Positions 1 through 29,100 of a stretch of DNA of 64,000 nucleotides are shown here, one piece after another. Position 1 is the stretch's first letter; each line of letters starts with the position of its first letter. Position numbers and translations under genes: made by a program. The stretch is from Macrostomum hystrix. Lineage: Eukaryota > Animalia > Platyhelminthes. The DNA lies in the NCBI GenBank assembly GCA_950097015.1, contig CATNEN010000038.1:17732001-17796000 (forward strand). The letters run 5' to 3'. The notes under the pieces are model-generated. The model saw only the letters and a list, made by a program, of their open reading frames with translations, did not search any database and had not been told where the DNA came from.

Positions 1-1874
1 TAATGTGAGTCATGGCTTCAATCAATGGAGTTGGCTTGGCTATTTTAGCTTTATTGAAAATCAAGTTAGATAAAACTCCAGCTGGCTGAATCTGTCCAGT
101 TTGTGCTGAAAAAACTTGCAGATTGAGAACATTGATAGTCATATTTTGTCAGTGTGAATACCTTTGTGGAAGCTGACATCTGTATGGTTGCTTGTTGCTT
201 GATGCAAGGAAAATTATACATAGTATAGACCTAACTGTACACCTTTCTCTGCTGACATAATTGCTTTTGCAACCTTTTTATGCAACATTTACTAGCTATG
301 TAAAAATTCAAAGTTGCGCTTACTAAGTTTCTTCATCAGTCAAACTAAAAACTAAAAAGATCAAATGAAAAGTCAAGCACCATAAAAGACAAATAATTAT
401 AAGTTATGTGGAATCAACCATAGACACATTATTAACCCAGTCTTCTGAAAAAATCACAAAATGCTAGTGTAATGTGACAATGTCCAGTGTTTGGTGTTGT
501 TTAGTAGACCATGGATTGGATTGGAAATGGATACAGTATTGCTTGTAATTATGTTTGTGGTTGCAATACAAGAATGTAGATTAAACATTGTTTATAACAT
601 TAACAGATATACAGATAACATTAAATATATTTTTCCTTTGCACTTGTTAAGACGTTAGACCAAATATAGATTACAAATATTCGAGTTTGGGTATTTCTTC
701 TTGTTGTTGTTCCGGCTTACTTTTCTTGGAAAGTATACATTTTTTAAACTAGTGCTATTTTTATCGCTTTAACAAATGAAACAAAATATATATATACTTT
801 TTTATGTTAAGGTTCCTTAATACTAATAAAACCAATTTAAAAAGTTTCAGTTTAAGTAATACTCTTTTACTCTTGACATGCGCATGGTACAACAGCAGCT
901 TCTGTGTCATATTTAAGTCGTGCATTTTGTTTTTTTTTGCGAAACTATTATTTTCTATAATCGCGTAGACTTCGCAATAATTTTTCTAACAGGTAAACTA
1001 TCTAATCAAGCCATATTTAATTCAGTACAAAGGAGGCTAGGCTTATTTTTATTCTTAGTACTCTTATTACTCTAATTACTATTCTAAATGGCAGTGTTAG
1101 AGGTTTGGTAAATTTGGTCAAAATTAAATTCAAGGACGTAGAATAATATTGTAAATATATTTTTCCGCTGGTTTAAAAAATGTTTGTATTTTTAATTTCT
1201 ATTTTTAGTATTTCTGATGCTATTTATCGTCTTTTTAACGAGCACTCTGCTATATATATTGCTAGTAATTGTCCAATCGATGAATAAATCTCGATATAGT
1301 AGGTGCCTGTTCAGGGATGCCTAAACTTTGTGCCCGAAGGGGCTGCCAGGTCAGGTAGTCCCCCAGTCTCCTAGGGTTAGTCCCTAGGGTTCCACTATCA
1401 CTGTGGATAAACGAACTAGATTTGACGCGCTGCTGACCTGCTAGCCAGGTAAGGTCAGTACCATCAAGTAGTTGGTTAGCCTGTGCAAGTCTCTGGTCTT
1501 CCTCACCGACTGGGATATAACCGCAAAATAGCTTTTTATGGTTTTATCCGAGAAAAAAAGCTATTCTGCTGTTTTATCATTTTTTTAATGTTTTAGACAC
1601 TGTATCAACGCCATAGACAACGAGGATAAAAACTAATGATTTGAGGGCTAGTCCGTGGTACAGCGACCAAGCCTTTAAACTGGCTGATTGTTAGTTTTTA
1701 ACAAAAATAGTCAGATCTACGGTACCCTTATAAATTTCGATTTGTTACAGAGCTGTTTATAAGTATACGCAGTATTTACGTAATTTTGTCTATACGAAAA
1801 GAATATTTATATGGTGCTGGACCAGTGAGTGCATGGTTCGATCCCAAGTAATTGACCAACTATAAATCCATGTA

Positions 1875-2025
1875 TAATTATTAATATTTATTGCACCTCC
1901 CCCCAATTGGGCCGCTGTTCAGTCCGTGGACTGGGGGGACGCTAAACCCACCCTAAATTACGCCAGTTGATGCTGGTACCCATTTAACAGCTGGGTGAGC
2001 TAAAGCAATCCAGAGTTAAGAGTCT
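1875..2025 (-). mobile_element. SINE fragment with a Nin/Deu-domain-like core and AT-rich tail
   Basis: The minus strand reads GAGACTCTTAACTCTGGATTGCTTTAGCTCACCCAGCTGTTAAATGGGTACC, similar to the conserved central domain of Nin/Deu-type SINEs. It ends in an AATAAATATTAATAATTAT tail. A short related piece (GCGTCTCCCCTGTCCATGGACTGAACAG) occurs near 57730-57757 on the + strand. Confidence 0.45.
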
Positions 2026-2318
2026 CATTTATTTGGGGCCCAGCCGCGGAGAGAAGGCTTGGGGGCTTGCTGTGCAATTGACGCGCTTGAGGACCAACCT
2101 CTAAGGCACAGTGAAAGTGTACACTGCCTGAAGATGAGAAGGCAAGGCCAGATGTACCCTGTGTAAGCATACGCCTGCGTACGGTATCTGTGTTTGCGTG
2201 TTGGCTCAGGAGTCAGCGAAATCGGCAGAATTGCCTCCTGACTTGTCACCAGAATCATTTGGGTCACCAGATGATGTGCCATTGCCCGCAGCCCTCCTCC
2301 TGCACTTATTATTATTAA
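2026..2318 (+). mobile_element. tRNA-derived SINE family A, 5'-truncated copy with (TTA)n tail
   Basis: Aligns by eye with 21708-21930 and 63513-63801 (shared CATTTATTTGG..GAGA.GGCTTGG.GGCTTG..GTGCAA..CC.ACCTC.AA.GCA.AGTGA and GCTCAGGAGTCAGCGAAAT). Ends in TTATTATTATTAA. Confidence 0.7.
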
Positions 2319-2347
2319 CCCTTAACTTCCGCAGCCGCTTAATTATC

Positions 2348-2626
2348 ATGGCCGCAGCAGCCGAAGCCACTGTCGCCCCGGAGCCGTCCTCCAGTTTAGT
2401 TCGACCAAAGGCGTGGAGCGAACAGGTGGAGGACGCCTACAGATTCCAGTTGGCTGGTTATCGGGACGCTACCGAGTACAGGTCGGTGCGCGGCGAAGAT
2501 CCCGAACGCTGGGAGAGTACCGGCTTCGTTAAAAAGCTTGTTCGTCGCGATGGAAGCTTCTATTATTTCAATAAAGTTCGCGAATGCAACGACAAAGACG
2601 TGCAACAGTGCAAACTTTACAGCTAG
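2348..2626 (+). CDS. MEIG1: Meiosis-expressed gene 1 protein (92 aa, single coding exon)
   Basis: ATG at 2348. The peptide [25 protein letters not shown]...[33 protein letters not shown] matches the MEIG1 family pattern (W..E..YRFQ.AGYRD..EY...RW..TG.VKKL.RRD..FYY.NK.REC). Confidence 0.93.
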   Translation: MAAAAEATVAPEPSSSLVRPKAWSEQVEDAYRFQLAGYRDATEYRSVRGEDPERWESTGFVKKLVRRDGSFYYFNKVRECNDKDVQQCKLYS

Positions 2627-2736
2627 ACTTGTTTAGTGGACGTGTTGAATCATTGTCACTAGACTTTCTATTCTTATTTTCCTTTTATTTCCTTATTGTT
2701 TCCTCTTGTGTTACTAAAATACTATATAATAGCAGA

Positions 2737-14760
<12,024 letters not shown>

Positions 14761-14984
14761 TAAAAGCACAAATCGAATTAGTCATTGATAATCACTGAAT
14801 TTCTAATCAGTTTTACTGATGTATAGGACTTGGCTTTTAGAAGTTTAATTATTAAAATGCGTTCTTAAATGCGGTAAAGATAAATATTAACACTTAACTA
14901 TTCACACAATTATAATAAAAACGTTGCATCTCTGGAAATCCAACGATTACTTTGTCAAGCTTTTGTCGATTCTACTGACCTCAA

Positions 14985-17818
14985 AGACAAATCTTTGTGA
15001 GTGTCGAGACGAGTCTTTGTGAGTGTCAAGACGAGTCTTTGTGAGTGTCGAGACGAGTCTTTGTGAGTGTCGAGACGAGTCTTTGTGAGTGTCGAGACGA
15101 GTCTTTGTGAGTGTCGAGTCGATTCTTTGTGAGTGTCAAGACGAGTCTTTGCGAGTGTCGAGACGAGTCTTTGCGAGTATCGAGACGAGTCTTTGTGAGT
15201 GTCGAGACGATTCTTTGTGAGTGTCGAGACGATTCTTTGTGAGTGTCGAGACGAGTCTTTGTGAGTGTCGAGACGAGTCTTTGCGAGTGTCGAGACGAGT
15301 CTTTGTGAGTGTCGAGACGAGTCTTTGTGAGTGTCAAGACGAGTCTTTGCGAGTGTCGAGACGAGTCTTTGTGAGTGTCGAGACGATTCTTTGTGAGTAT
15401 CGAGACGAGTCTTTGTGAGTGTCGAGACGATTCTTTGTGAGTGTCGAGACGATTCTTTGTGAGTGTCGAGACGATTCTTTGTGAGTGTCGAGACGAGTCT
15501 TTGTGAGTGTCGAGACGAGTCTTTGTGAGTGTCGAGACGAGTCTTTGCGAGTGTCGAGACGAGTCTTTGTGAGTGTCGAGACGAGTCTTTGTGAGTGTCA
15601 AGACGAGTCTTTGCGAGTGTCGAGACGATTCTTTGTGAGTGTCGAGACGATTCTTTGTGAGTGTCGAGACGATTCTTTGTGAGTGTCGAGACGAGTCTTT
15701 GCGAGTGTCGAGACGAGTCTTTGTGAGTGTCGAGACGAGTCTTTGTGAGTGTCAAGACGAGTCTTTGCGAGTGTCGAGACGAGTCTTTGTGAGTGTCGAG
15801 ACGATTCTTTGTGAGTGTCGAGACGATTCTTTGTGAGTATCGAGACGAGTCTTTGTGAGTGTCGAGACGATTCTTTGTGAGTGTCGAGACGATTCTTTGT
15901 GAGTGTCGAGACGAGTCTTTGTGAGTGTCGAGACGAGTCTTTGCGAGTGTCGAGACGAGTCTTTGTGAGTGTCGAGACGAGTCTTTGTGAGTGTCAAGAC
16001 GAGTCTTTGCGAGTGTCGAGACGAGTCTTTGTGAGTGTCGAGACGATTCTTTGTGAGTATCGAGACGAGTCTTTGTGAGTGTCGAGACGATTCTTTGTGA
16101 GTGTCGAGACGATTCTTTGTGAGTGTCGAGACGATTCTTTGTGAGTGTCGAGACGAGTCTTTGTGAGTGTCGAGACGAGTCTTTGTGAGTGTCGAGACGA
16201 GTCTTTGCGAGTGTCGAGACGAGTCTTTGTGAGTGTCGAGACGAGTCTTTGTGAGTGTCAAGACGAGTCTTTGCGAGTGTCGAGACGATTCTTTGTGAGT
16301 GTCGAGACGATTCTTTGTGAGTATCGAGACGAGTCTTTGTGAGTGTCGAGACGATTCTTTGTGAGTGTCGAGACGATTCTTTGTGAGTGTCGAGACGAGT
16401 CTTTGCGAGTGTCGAGACGAGTCTTTGTGAGTGTCGAGACGAGTCTTTGTGAGTGTCAAGACGAGTCTTTGCGAGTGTCGAGACGAGTCTTTGTGAGTGT
16501 CGAGACGATTCTTTGTGAGTATCGAGACGAGTCTTTGTGAGTGTCGAGACGATTCTTTGTGAGTGTCGAGACGATTCTTTGTGAGTGTCGAGACGATTCT
16601 TTGTGAGTGTCGAGACGAGTCTTTGTGAGTGTCGAGACGAGTCTTTGCGAGTGTCGAGACGAGTCTTTGTGAGTGTCGAGACGAGTCTTTGTGAGTGTCA
16701 AGACGGGTCTTTGCGAGTGTCGAGACGAGTCTTTGTGAGTGTCGAGACGATTCTTTGTGAGTATCGAGACGAGTCTTTGTGAGTGTCGAGACGATTCTTT
16801 GTGAGTGTCGAGACGATTCTTTGTGAGTGTCGAGACGAGTCTTTGTGAGTGTCGAGACGAGTCTTTTGCGAGTGTCGAGACGAGTCTTTGTGAGTGTCGA
16901 GACGAGTCTTTGTGAGTGTCAAGACGAGTCTTTGCTAGTGTCGAGACGAGTCTTTGCGAGTGTCGAGACGAGTCTTTGTGAGTGTCGAAACGAGTCTTTG
17001 CGAGTGTCGAGACGAGTCTTTGTGAGTGTCGAGTCGATTCTTTGCGAGTGTCGAGACGATTCTTTGTGAGTGTCGAGTCGAGTCTTTGTGAGTGTCGAGT
17101 CGAGTCTTTGTGAGTGTCGAGTCAATTCTTTGCGAGTGTCGAGACGAGTCTTTGTGAGTGTCGAAACGAGTCTTTGCGAGTGTCGAGACGAGTCTTTGTG
17201 AGTGTCGAGACGAGTCTTTGTGAGTGTCGAGTCGATTCTTTGCGAGTGTCGAGACGATTCTTTGTGAGTGTCGAGTCGAGTCTTTGTGAGTGTCGAGTCG
17301 AGTCTTTGTGAGTGTCGAGACGAGTCTTTGTGAGTGTCGAGTCGAGTCTTTGTGAGTGTCGAGTCGATTCTTTGCGAGTGTCGAGACGATTCTTTATGAG
17401 TGTCGAAACGAGTCTTTGTGAGTATCGAGACGAGTCTTTGTGAGTGTCGAGACGAGTCTTTGTGAGTATCGAGTCGAGTCTTTGCGAGTGTCGAGACGAG
17501 TCTTTGTGAGTGTCGAAACGAGTCTTTGTGAGTGTCGAGACGAGTCTTTGTGAGTGTCGAGACGAGTCTTTGTGAGTGTCGAGACGAGTCTTTGTGAGTG
17601 TCGAAACGAGTCTTTGCGAGTGTCGAGACGAGTCTTTGTGAGTGTCGAGACGAGTCTTTGTGAGTGTCGAGACGAGTCTTTGCGAGTGTCGAGACGAGTC
17701 TTTGTGAGTGTCGAGACGAGTCTTTATGAGTGTCGAGACGAGTCTTTGTGAGTGTCGAGGCGAGTCTTTGTGAGTGTCGAGACGATTCTTTGTGAGTGTC
17801 GAGATAACTCTTTGTGAG
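14985..17818. repeat. Minisatellite, 22-bp unit GTGAGTGTCGAGACGAGTCTTT
   Basis: About 128 copies between two convergent gene ends, with a 660-bp higher-order repeat. Confidence 0.97.
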
Positions 17819-18427
17819 TTCTACACTAAATAAGCAGAGTATTTTTGCGAAGATTTGCGGTTTTCTCCAGAATTTCGATTAACAAACCGCAGCTAAGAAT
17901 TGGTAAATACGATTTAAAGGGTAAAATGCATTTAACGAGTAAAGTGTATTACGCACAAATCCAGAGGAGCGAATGAAAAATCTTAATTACGCAGCTGCAG
18001 TGCGACAAAATTGTTGCAAATTTCGATAGCTTTGTTAGCACCGTTATATATTTGTTGCTTCAGTGAAAATAGTAGAAATTATTTTTTGAAAATAAATTAG
18101 TCTTGATAATCATTGAAACGCATTTTTGCAATGGTCAGAATGCAAAAATAACAATAATCAAGGAGGACTGCTTTTATAATTCAGGTGTTTACTGAAAGGA
18201 ATTTCAAAGTCATGTTGGGATTTTCAGACATATATCGAGACTCCTTACTTAGAAAAAGTCCTTATTTGAACTGTTACAAAAATAGGCTACGTAGATTTTC
18301 GACACAATCGGGTATTAAAATATTGAGTCAATTTTTAGGCGACAAATAATGAAATTAAAGGGCATAAAGGTGCAATAAATTATTAGGTGCAATAATTAGA
18401 GCTTAGTAACTGTCAGAGCGCAGCCAA

Positions 18428-22213
<3,786 letters not shown>

Positions 22214-22411
22214 GCCGATTTTTCAGCTGGCTGGGTAAGCTGAAACACAATAGTTGGCTATTTGCTATTTTTGATGAAACCGACTCTAATTATATACTCT
22301 AAACCCAGTCAATTTATACACCCTTAACCCAATCTATATATTTATAGACTGTTTACCTAATCTATTTATAGACTCATATCAACCCTATCTATGATCAATT
22401 CTGTTATTCTG

Positions 22412-25393
22412 TATGACCTGATGTGAGTTGCAGTTGGGACTGCTCTATGACCGGATGTGAGTTGCAGTTGGGACTGCTCTATGACCGGATGTGAGTTGCA
22501 GTTGGGACTGCTCTATGACCGGATGTGAGTTGCAGTTGGGACTGCTCTATGACCTGATGTGAGTTGCAGTTGGGACTGCTGCATGACCGGATGTGAGTTG
22601 CAGTTGGGACTGCTCTATGACCTGATGTGAGTTGCAGTTGGGACTGCTGCATGACCGGATGTGAGTTGCAGGTGGGACTGCTCTATGACCTGATGTGAGT
22701 TGCAGTTGGGACTGCTGCATGACCGGATGTGAGTTGCAGTTGGGACTGCTCTATGACCTGATGTGAGTTGCAGTTGGGACTGCTCTATGACCTGATGTGA
22801 GTTGCAGTTGGGACTGCTGCATGACCGGATGTGAGTTGCAGTTGGGACTGCTGCATGACCGGATGTGAGTTGCAGGTGGGACTGCTCTATGACCTGATGT
22901 GAGTTGCAGTTGGGACTGCTGCATGACCGGATGTGAGTTGCAGTTGGGACTGCTCTATGACCTGATGTGAGTTGCAGTTGGGACTGCTCTATGACCTGAT
23001 GTGAGTTGCAGTTGGGACTGCTGCATGACCGGATGTGAGTTGCAGTTGGGACTGCTCTATGACCGGATGTGAGTTGCAGTTGGGACTGCTCTATGACCGG
23101 ATGTGAGTTGCAGTTGGGACTGCTCTATGACCGGATGTGAGTTGCAGTTGGGACTGCTCTATGACCGGATGTGAGTTGCAGTTGGGACTGCTCTATGACC
23201 TGATGTGAGTTGCAGTTGGGACTGCTCTATGACCTGATGTGAGTTGCAGTTGGGACTGCTGCATGACCGGATGTGAGTTGCAGTTGGGACTGCTCTATGA
23301 CCGGATGTGAGTTGCAGTTGGGACTGCTCTATGACCGGATGTGAGTTGCAGTTGGGACTGCTCTATGACCGGATGTGAGTTGCAGTTGGGACTGCTCTAT
23401 GACCGGATGTGAGTTGCAGTTGGGACTGCTCTATGACCTGATGTGAGTTGCAGTTGGGACTGCTCTATGACCTGATGTGAGTTGCAGTTGGGACTGCTGC
23501 ATGACCGGATGTGAGTTGCAGGTGGGACTGCTCTATGACCTGATGTGAGTTGCAGTTGGGACTGCTCTATGACCTGATGTGAGTTGCAGTTGGGACTGCT
23601 GCATGACCGGATGTGAGTTGCAGTTGGGACTGCTCTATGACCTGATGTGAGTTGCAGTTGGGACTGCTGCATGACCGGATGTGAGTTGCAGGTGGGACTG
23701 CTCTATGACCTGATGTGAGTTGCAGTTGGGACTGCTGCATGACCGGATGTGAGTTGCAGTTGGGACTGCTCTATGACCTGATGTGAGTTGCAGTTGGGAC
23801 TGCTCTATGACCTGATGTGAGTTGCAGTTGGGACTGCTGCATGACCGGATGTGAGTTGCAGTTGGGACTGCTCTATGACCGGATGTGAGTTGCAGTTGGG
23901 ACTGCTCTATGACCTGATGTGAGTTGCAGTTGGGACTGCTGCATGACCGGATGTGAGTTGCAGTTGGGACTGCTCTATGACCGGATGTGAGTTGCAGTTG
24001 GGACTGCTCTATGACCTGATGTGAGTTGCAGTTGGGACTGCTGCATGACCGGATGTGAGTTGCAGGTGGGACTGCTCTATGACCTGATGTGAGTTGCAGT
24101 TGGGACTGCTGCATGACCGGATGTGAGTTGCAGTTGGGACTGCTCTATGACCTGATGTGAGTTGCAGTTGGGACTGCTCTATGACCTGATGTGAGTTGCA
24201 GTTGGGACTGCTGCATGACCGGATGTGAGTTGCAGTTGGGACTGCTCTATGACCTGATGTGAGTTGCAGTTGGGACTGCTGCATGACCGGATGTGAGTTG
24301 CAGTTGGGACTGCTCTATGACCGGATGTGAGTTGCAGTTGGGACTGCTCTATGACCTGATGTGAGTTGCAGTTGGGACTGCTCTATGACCTGATGTGAGT
24401 TGCAGTTGGGACTGCTGCATGACCGGATGTGAGTTGCAGGTGGGACTGCTCTATGACCTGATGTGAGTTGCAGTTGGGACTGCTGCATGACCGGATGTGA
24501 GTTGCAGTTGGGACTGCTCTATGACCTGATGTGAGTTGCAGTTGGGACTGCTCTATGACCTGATGTGAGTTGCAGTTGGGACTGCTGCATGACCGGATGT
24601 GAGTTGCAGTTGGGACTGCTCTATGACCTGATGTGAGTTGCAGTTGGGACTGCTGCATGACCGGATGTGAGTTGCAGTTGGGACTGCTCTATGACCGGAT
24701 GTGAGTTGCAGTTGGGACTGCTCTATGACCTGATGTGAGTTGCAGTTGGGACTGCTGCATGACCGGATGTGAGTTGCAGTTGGGACTGCTCTATGACCGG
24801 ATGTGAGTTGCAGTTGGGACTGCTCTATGACCTGATGTGAGTTGCAGTTGGGACTGCTGCATGACCGGATGTGAGTTGCAGGTGGGACTGCTCTATGACC
24901 TGATGTGAGTTGCAGTTGGGACTGCTGCATGACCGGATGTGAGTTGCAGTTGGGACTGCTCTATGACCTGATGTGAGTTGCAGTTGGGACTGCTCTATGA
25001 CCTGATGTGAGTTGCAGTTGGGACTGCTGCATGACCGGATGTGAGTTGCAGTTGGGACTGCTCTATGACCGGATGTGAGTTGCAGTTGGGACTGCTCTAT
25101 GACCGGATGTGAGTTGCAGTTGGGACTGCTCTATGACCGGATGTGAGTTGCAGTTGGGACTGCTCTATGACCTGATGTGAGTTGCAGTTGGGACTGCTCT
25201 ATGACCGGATGTGAGTTGCAGTTGGGACTGCTCTATGACCGGATGTGAGTTGCAGTTGGGACTGCTCATTGACCTGATGTGAGTTGCAGTTGGGACTGCT
25301 CTATGACCGGATGTGAGTTGCAGTTGGGACTGCTCTATGACCTGATGTGAGTTGCAGTTGGGACTGCTCTATGACCTGATGTGAGTTGCAGTT
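22412..25393. repeat. Minisatellite, 34-bp unit GACCTGATGTGAGTTGCAGTTGGGACTGCTCTAT
   Basis: About 87 copies with a few recurring variants. Probably inside a cathepsin 5'-UTR intron (minus-strand donor GTAAGT at 25542, acceptor at 22240). Confidence 0.97.
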
Positions 25394-25736
25394 GCCGAGC
25401 AGAAAAAATTGGTTGTTAATTTATTATTTCTCACTCTATCTAATATAAGATAAGCTGTTTTACGGAATAAAATATCTATATGAATAAAATTTCTTAATAC
25501 ACTTCATGCACAAAACAAAACAAAAATGCAATCCACACTTACTGTTTCATCTTTAATACTTTGCAACGCAAAAAAATAGGACAACTAAACTTCGTTAGCA
25601 AATAAAAATAATGATAAAGAAAAAATTGTTCTTTATCGTGAAGAAAACATAAAAAATATATGTTCTTTGTGCGAATAGCAACAAAATAAAAGCATTCACT
25701 AAAAGTACAATGAAGAGCTTACCCCTTGATACCACC

Positions 25737-26036
25737 ACGGGTAGATATGGTATGTGCAATGAAATCCCAACGGGTAGATATGGTATGTGCAATGAAATCC
25801 CAACGGGTAGATATGGTATGTGCAATGAAATCCCAACGGGTAGATATGGTATGTGCAATGGAATCCCAATGGGTAGATATGGTATGTGCTATGAAATCCC
25901 AACGGGTAGATATGGTATGTGCAATGAAATCCCAACGGGTAGATATGGTATGTGCTATGAAATCCCAACGGGTAGATATGGTATGTGCTATGAAATCCCA
26001 ACGGGTAGATATGGTATGTGCAATGGAAACCCAACG
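25737..26036. repeat. Minisatellite, 33-bp unit ACGGGTAGATATGGTATGTGCAATGAAATCCCA
   Basis: About 9 copies. Confidence 0.95.
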
Positions 26037-26146
26037 GCTAGATAGGGTGTCGGATTATTAATCTTCCAAAAATAAATTGCACTTTAAGAACTATTTTTAG
26101 TTGTGCCTTTATGACCGTTTTGTCTACCCTACCTTAAAATGCTACC

Positions 26147-29100
26147 TCTCTCTCTCTAAATATACTAATTTTCACGTGTTGTTTGTCTGTGTGTGTGTGT
26201 GTCTGTCAGTTCGACATCTCCTCCTAGAATACTGGCAACTCAGCGTTGAAACTTATATGGGAAAATGGGAAATTTTCCGAGGAAGGCTATAGGCTATTTT
26301 AATTCTGAAATTTCAAATTCTATGATCCTCAAAAAAGCAGAAAGGCTATTAAGTAGTATATAGTAGGCAAATGTCCTTCCCGCTGTGATGAAATTGGCCT
26401 CGATTAAATGAGTTGCGTCAACATTTTGTGCCTATCTGTTTAGTGTATTTTCTCTCCAGTGGAGGGTTGGCAGTCGGTTTGAAAATGGGGCGGAGAGTTG
26501 GCCGTACGCACATTCTAACTGTCCCTGTGTATTGGCGGAGAGAGGGTGCCGCGAGTTATTTCTATTGAGGGGTCTGATTTGTTCAATATTGAAGTGCGTA
26601 CAATGGGCAGGGCAGAGTTGGCTGGGTTAAAATTCAATTGATAAAATTTGCGGGCCTCTCAGTGTAGGCGGAGAAGAATGTACTTACTAAAAAACTGGCT
26701 GCCCTTTGCGCTAAAGGCAATGAAATTTCAACTGTGAATTATTATTTTGCTTTTTAACATTTGAAAAGAACTGAGGCGATTTGAGATCAGGCAATGGGAG
26801 ATCAGGCAATGGGAGATCAGGCGATGGGAGATCAGGCGATCGGAGATGAGGCGATGGGAGATCAGGCGATGGGAGATCAGGCGATGGGAGATCAGGCAAC
26901 GGGAGATGAGCCGATGGGAGATCAGGCGATGGGAGATCAGGCGATGGGAGATCAGGCGATGGGAGATGAGGCGATGGGAGATCAGGCGATGGGAGATCAG
27001 GCGATGGGAGATGTGGCGACGGGAGATGAGGCAATGAGAAATGAGGCGATGGGAGATCAGGCGATAGGAGATGTGGCGACGGGAGATGAGGCGATGGGAG
27101 ATCAGGCGATGGGAGATGAGGCGATGGGAGATGAGGCGATGGGAGATGAGGCGATGGGAGATTAGGCGATGGGAGATCAGGCGATGGGAGATCAGGCGAT
27201 AGGAGATGTGGCGACGGGAGATGAGGCGATGGGAGATCAGGCGATGGGAGATGAGGCGATGGGAGATGAGGCGATGGGAGATGAGGCGATGGGAGATTAG
27301 GCGATGGGAGATTAGGCGATGGGAGATCAGGCAATGGGAGATCAGGCAATGGGAGATCAGGCGATGGGAGATCAGGCGATCGGAGATGAGGCGATGGGAG
27401 ATCAGGCGATGGGAGATCAGGCGATGGGAGATCAGGCAACGGGAGATGAGCCGATGGGAGATCAGGCGATGGGAGATCAGGCGATGGGAGATCAGGCGAT
27501 GGGAGATGAGGCGATGGGAGATCAGGCGATGGGAGATCAGGCGATGGGAGATGTGGCGACGGGAGATGAGGCAATGAGAAATGAGGCGATGGGAGATCAG
27601 GCGATAGGAGATGTGGCGACGGGAGATGAGGCGATGGGAGATCAGGCGATGGGAGATGAGGCGATGGGAGATGAGGCGATGGGAGATGAGGCGATGGGAG
27701 ATTAGGCGATGGGAGATCAGGCGATAGGAGATGAGGCGATGGGAGATGAGACGATGGGAGATGATGCGATGGGAGATTAGGCGATGGGAGATGAGGTGAT
27801 GGGTGATCAGGTGATGGGAGATGAGGCGATGGGAGATCAGGCGACGGGAGATGAGGCGATGGGAGATCAGGCAATGGGAGATCAGGCGATGGGAGATGAG
27901 GCGATGGGAGATGAGGCGATGGGAGATCAGGCGATGGGAGATGAGGCGATGGGAGATGAGGCGATGGGAGATGAGGCGATGGGAGATGAGGCGATAGGAG
28001 ATGAGGCGATGGGAGATGAGGCAATGAGAAATGAGGCGATGGAAGATCAGGCGATCGGAGATGAGACGGTGGGAGATCAGGCGATTGGAGATCAGGCAAT
28101 GGGAGTTCTATCCCCTCAACTTCCTCCGAAGGAGGAATTCCGCTCGTAAATATACTAATTTTCACGTGTTGTTTGTCTGTCTGTGTGTGTGTGTGTGTGT
28201 CAGTTCGACATCTCCTCCTAGAATACTGGCAACTCAGCGTTGAAACTTATATGGGAAAATGGGAAATTTTCCGAGGAAGGCTATAGGCTATTTTAATTCT
28301 GAAATTTCAAATTCTATGATCCTCAAAAAAGCAGAAAGGCTATTAAGTAGTATATAGTAGGCAAATGTCCTTCCCGCTGTGATGAAATTGGCCTCGGTTA
28401 AATGAGTTGCGTCAACATTTTGTGCCTATCTGTTTAGTGTATTTTCTCTCCAGTGGAGGGTTGGCAGTCGGTTTGAAAAAAATGGGGCGGAGAGGTGGCC
28501 GTACGCACATTCTAACTGTCCCTGTGTATTGGCGGAGAGAGGGTGCCGTTAGTCAGTTCTATTGAGGGGTCTGATTTGTTCAATATTGAAGTGCGTTTAA
28601 TGGGCAGGGCAGAGTTGGCTGGGTTGAAAATAAATTTTAAAATTTGCGGGCCTCTCAGTGTAGGCGGAGAAGAATGTACTTAATAAAAAACTGGCTGCCT
28701 TTTGCAGAAATTTCAACTGAGAATATTCTTTTGCTTTTTTAAGATTTGTGGATAAAATTTGTACTGCTGGAGAGAACTTGAAGTTCTAAATCCAGAGATA
28801 TAAATTTCATTGCTAAATTCCGAAAATTGGGGATGCCAAGGGCAAATAAAGTTTTTATACTTTTGCAATGCTTTCAGCTGAGTGTACAGTGTCTCGGCGA
28901 GATTGCTAAGGAGAGAGAATTCGCCACAATACAGTTTCACACATTCCTATTCTCGAAGGCGGGCTGTTGAATTTTATTTATTGAAATTCGCACCTCTGAC
29001 TGAGCGGGGCCCGGAGAACTGGCTGTCGTCAATATTAATGGCTCGGACTTCACCTGTTTTAACGGGTGGGGTTTAATTTAAAGTTGATGGAGTTCGCGCG

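Noticed and set aside
1812-1846. tRNA gene (GGTTCGATCCC B-box)
   Set aside because: No cloverleaf or acceptor stem can be formed. At most it is a SINE head remnant.
2198-2347. 50-aa N-terminal extension of MEIG1
   Set aside because: It starts at a non-ATG codon and is mostly SINE sequence. Homology begins after ATG 2348.
22412-26036. CRISPR-like 33-34 bp repeats
   Set aside because: The units are contiguous with no unique spacers, there are no cas genes, and the context is eukaryotic.
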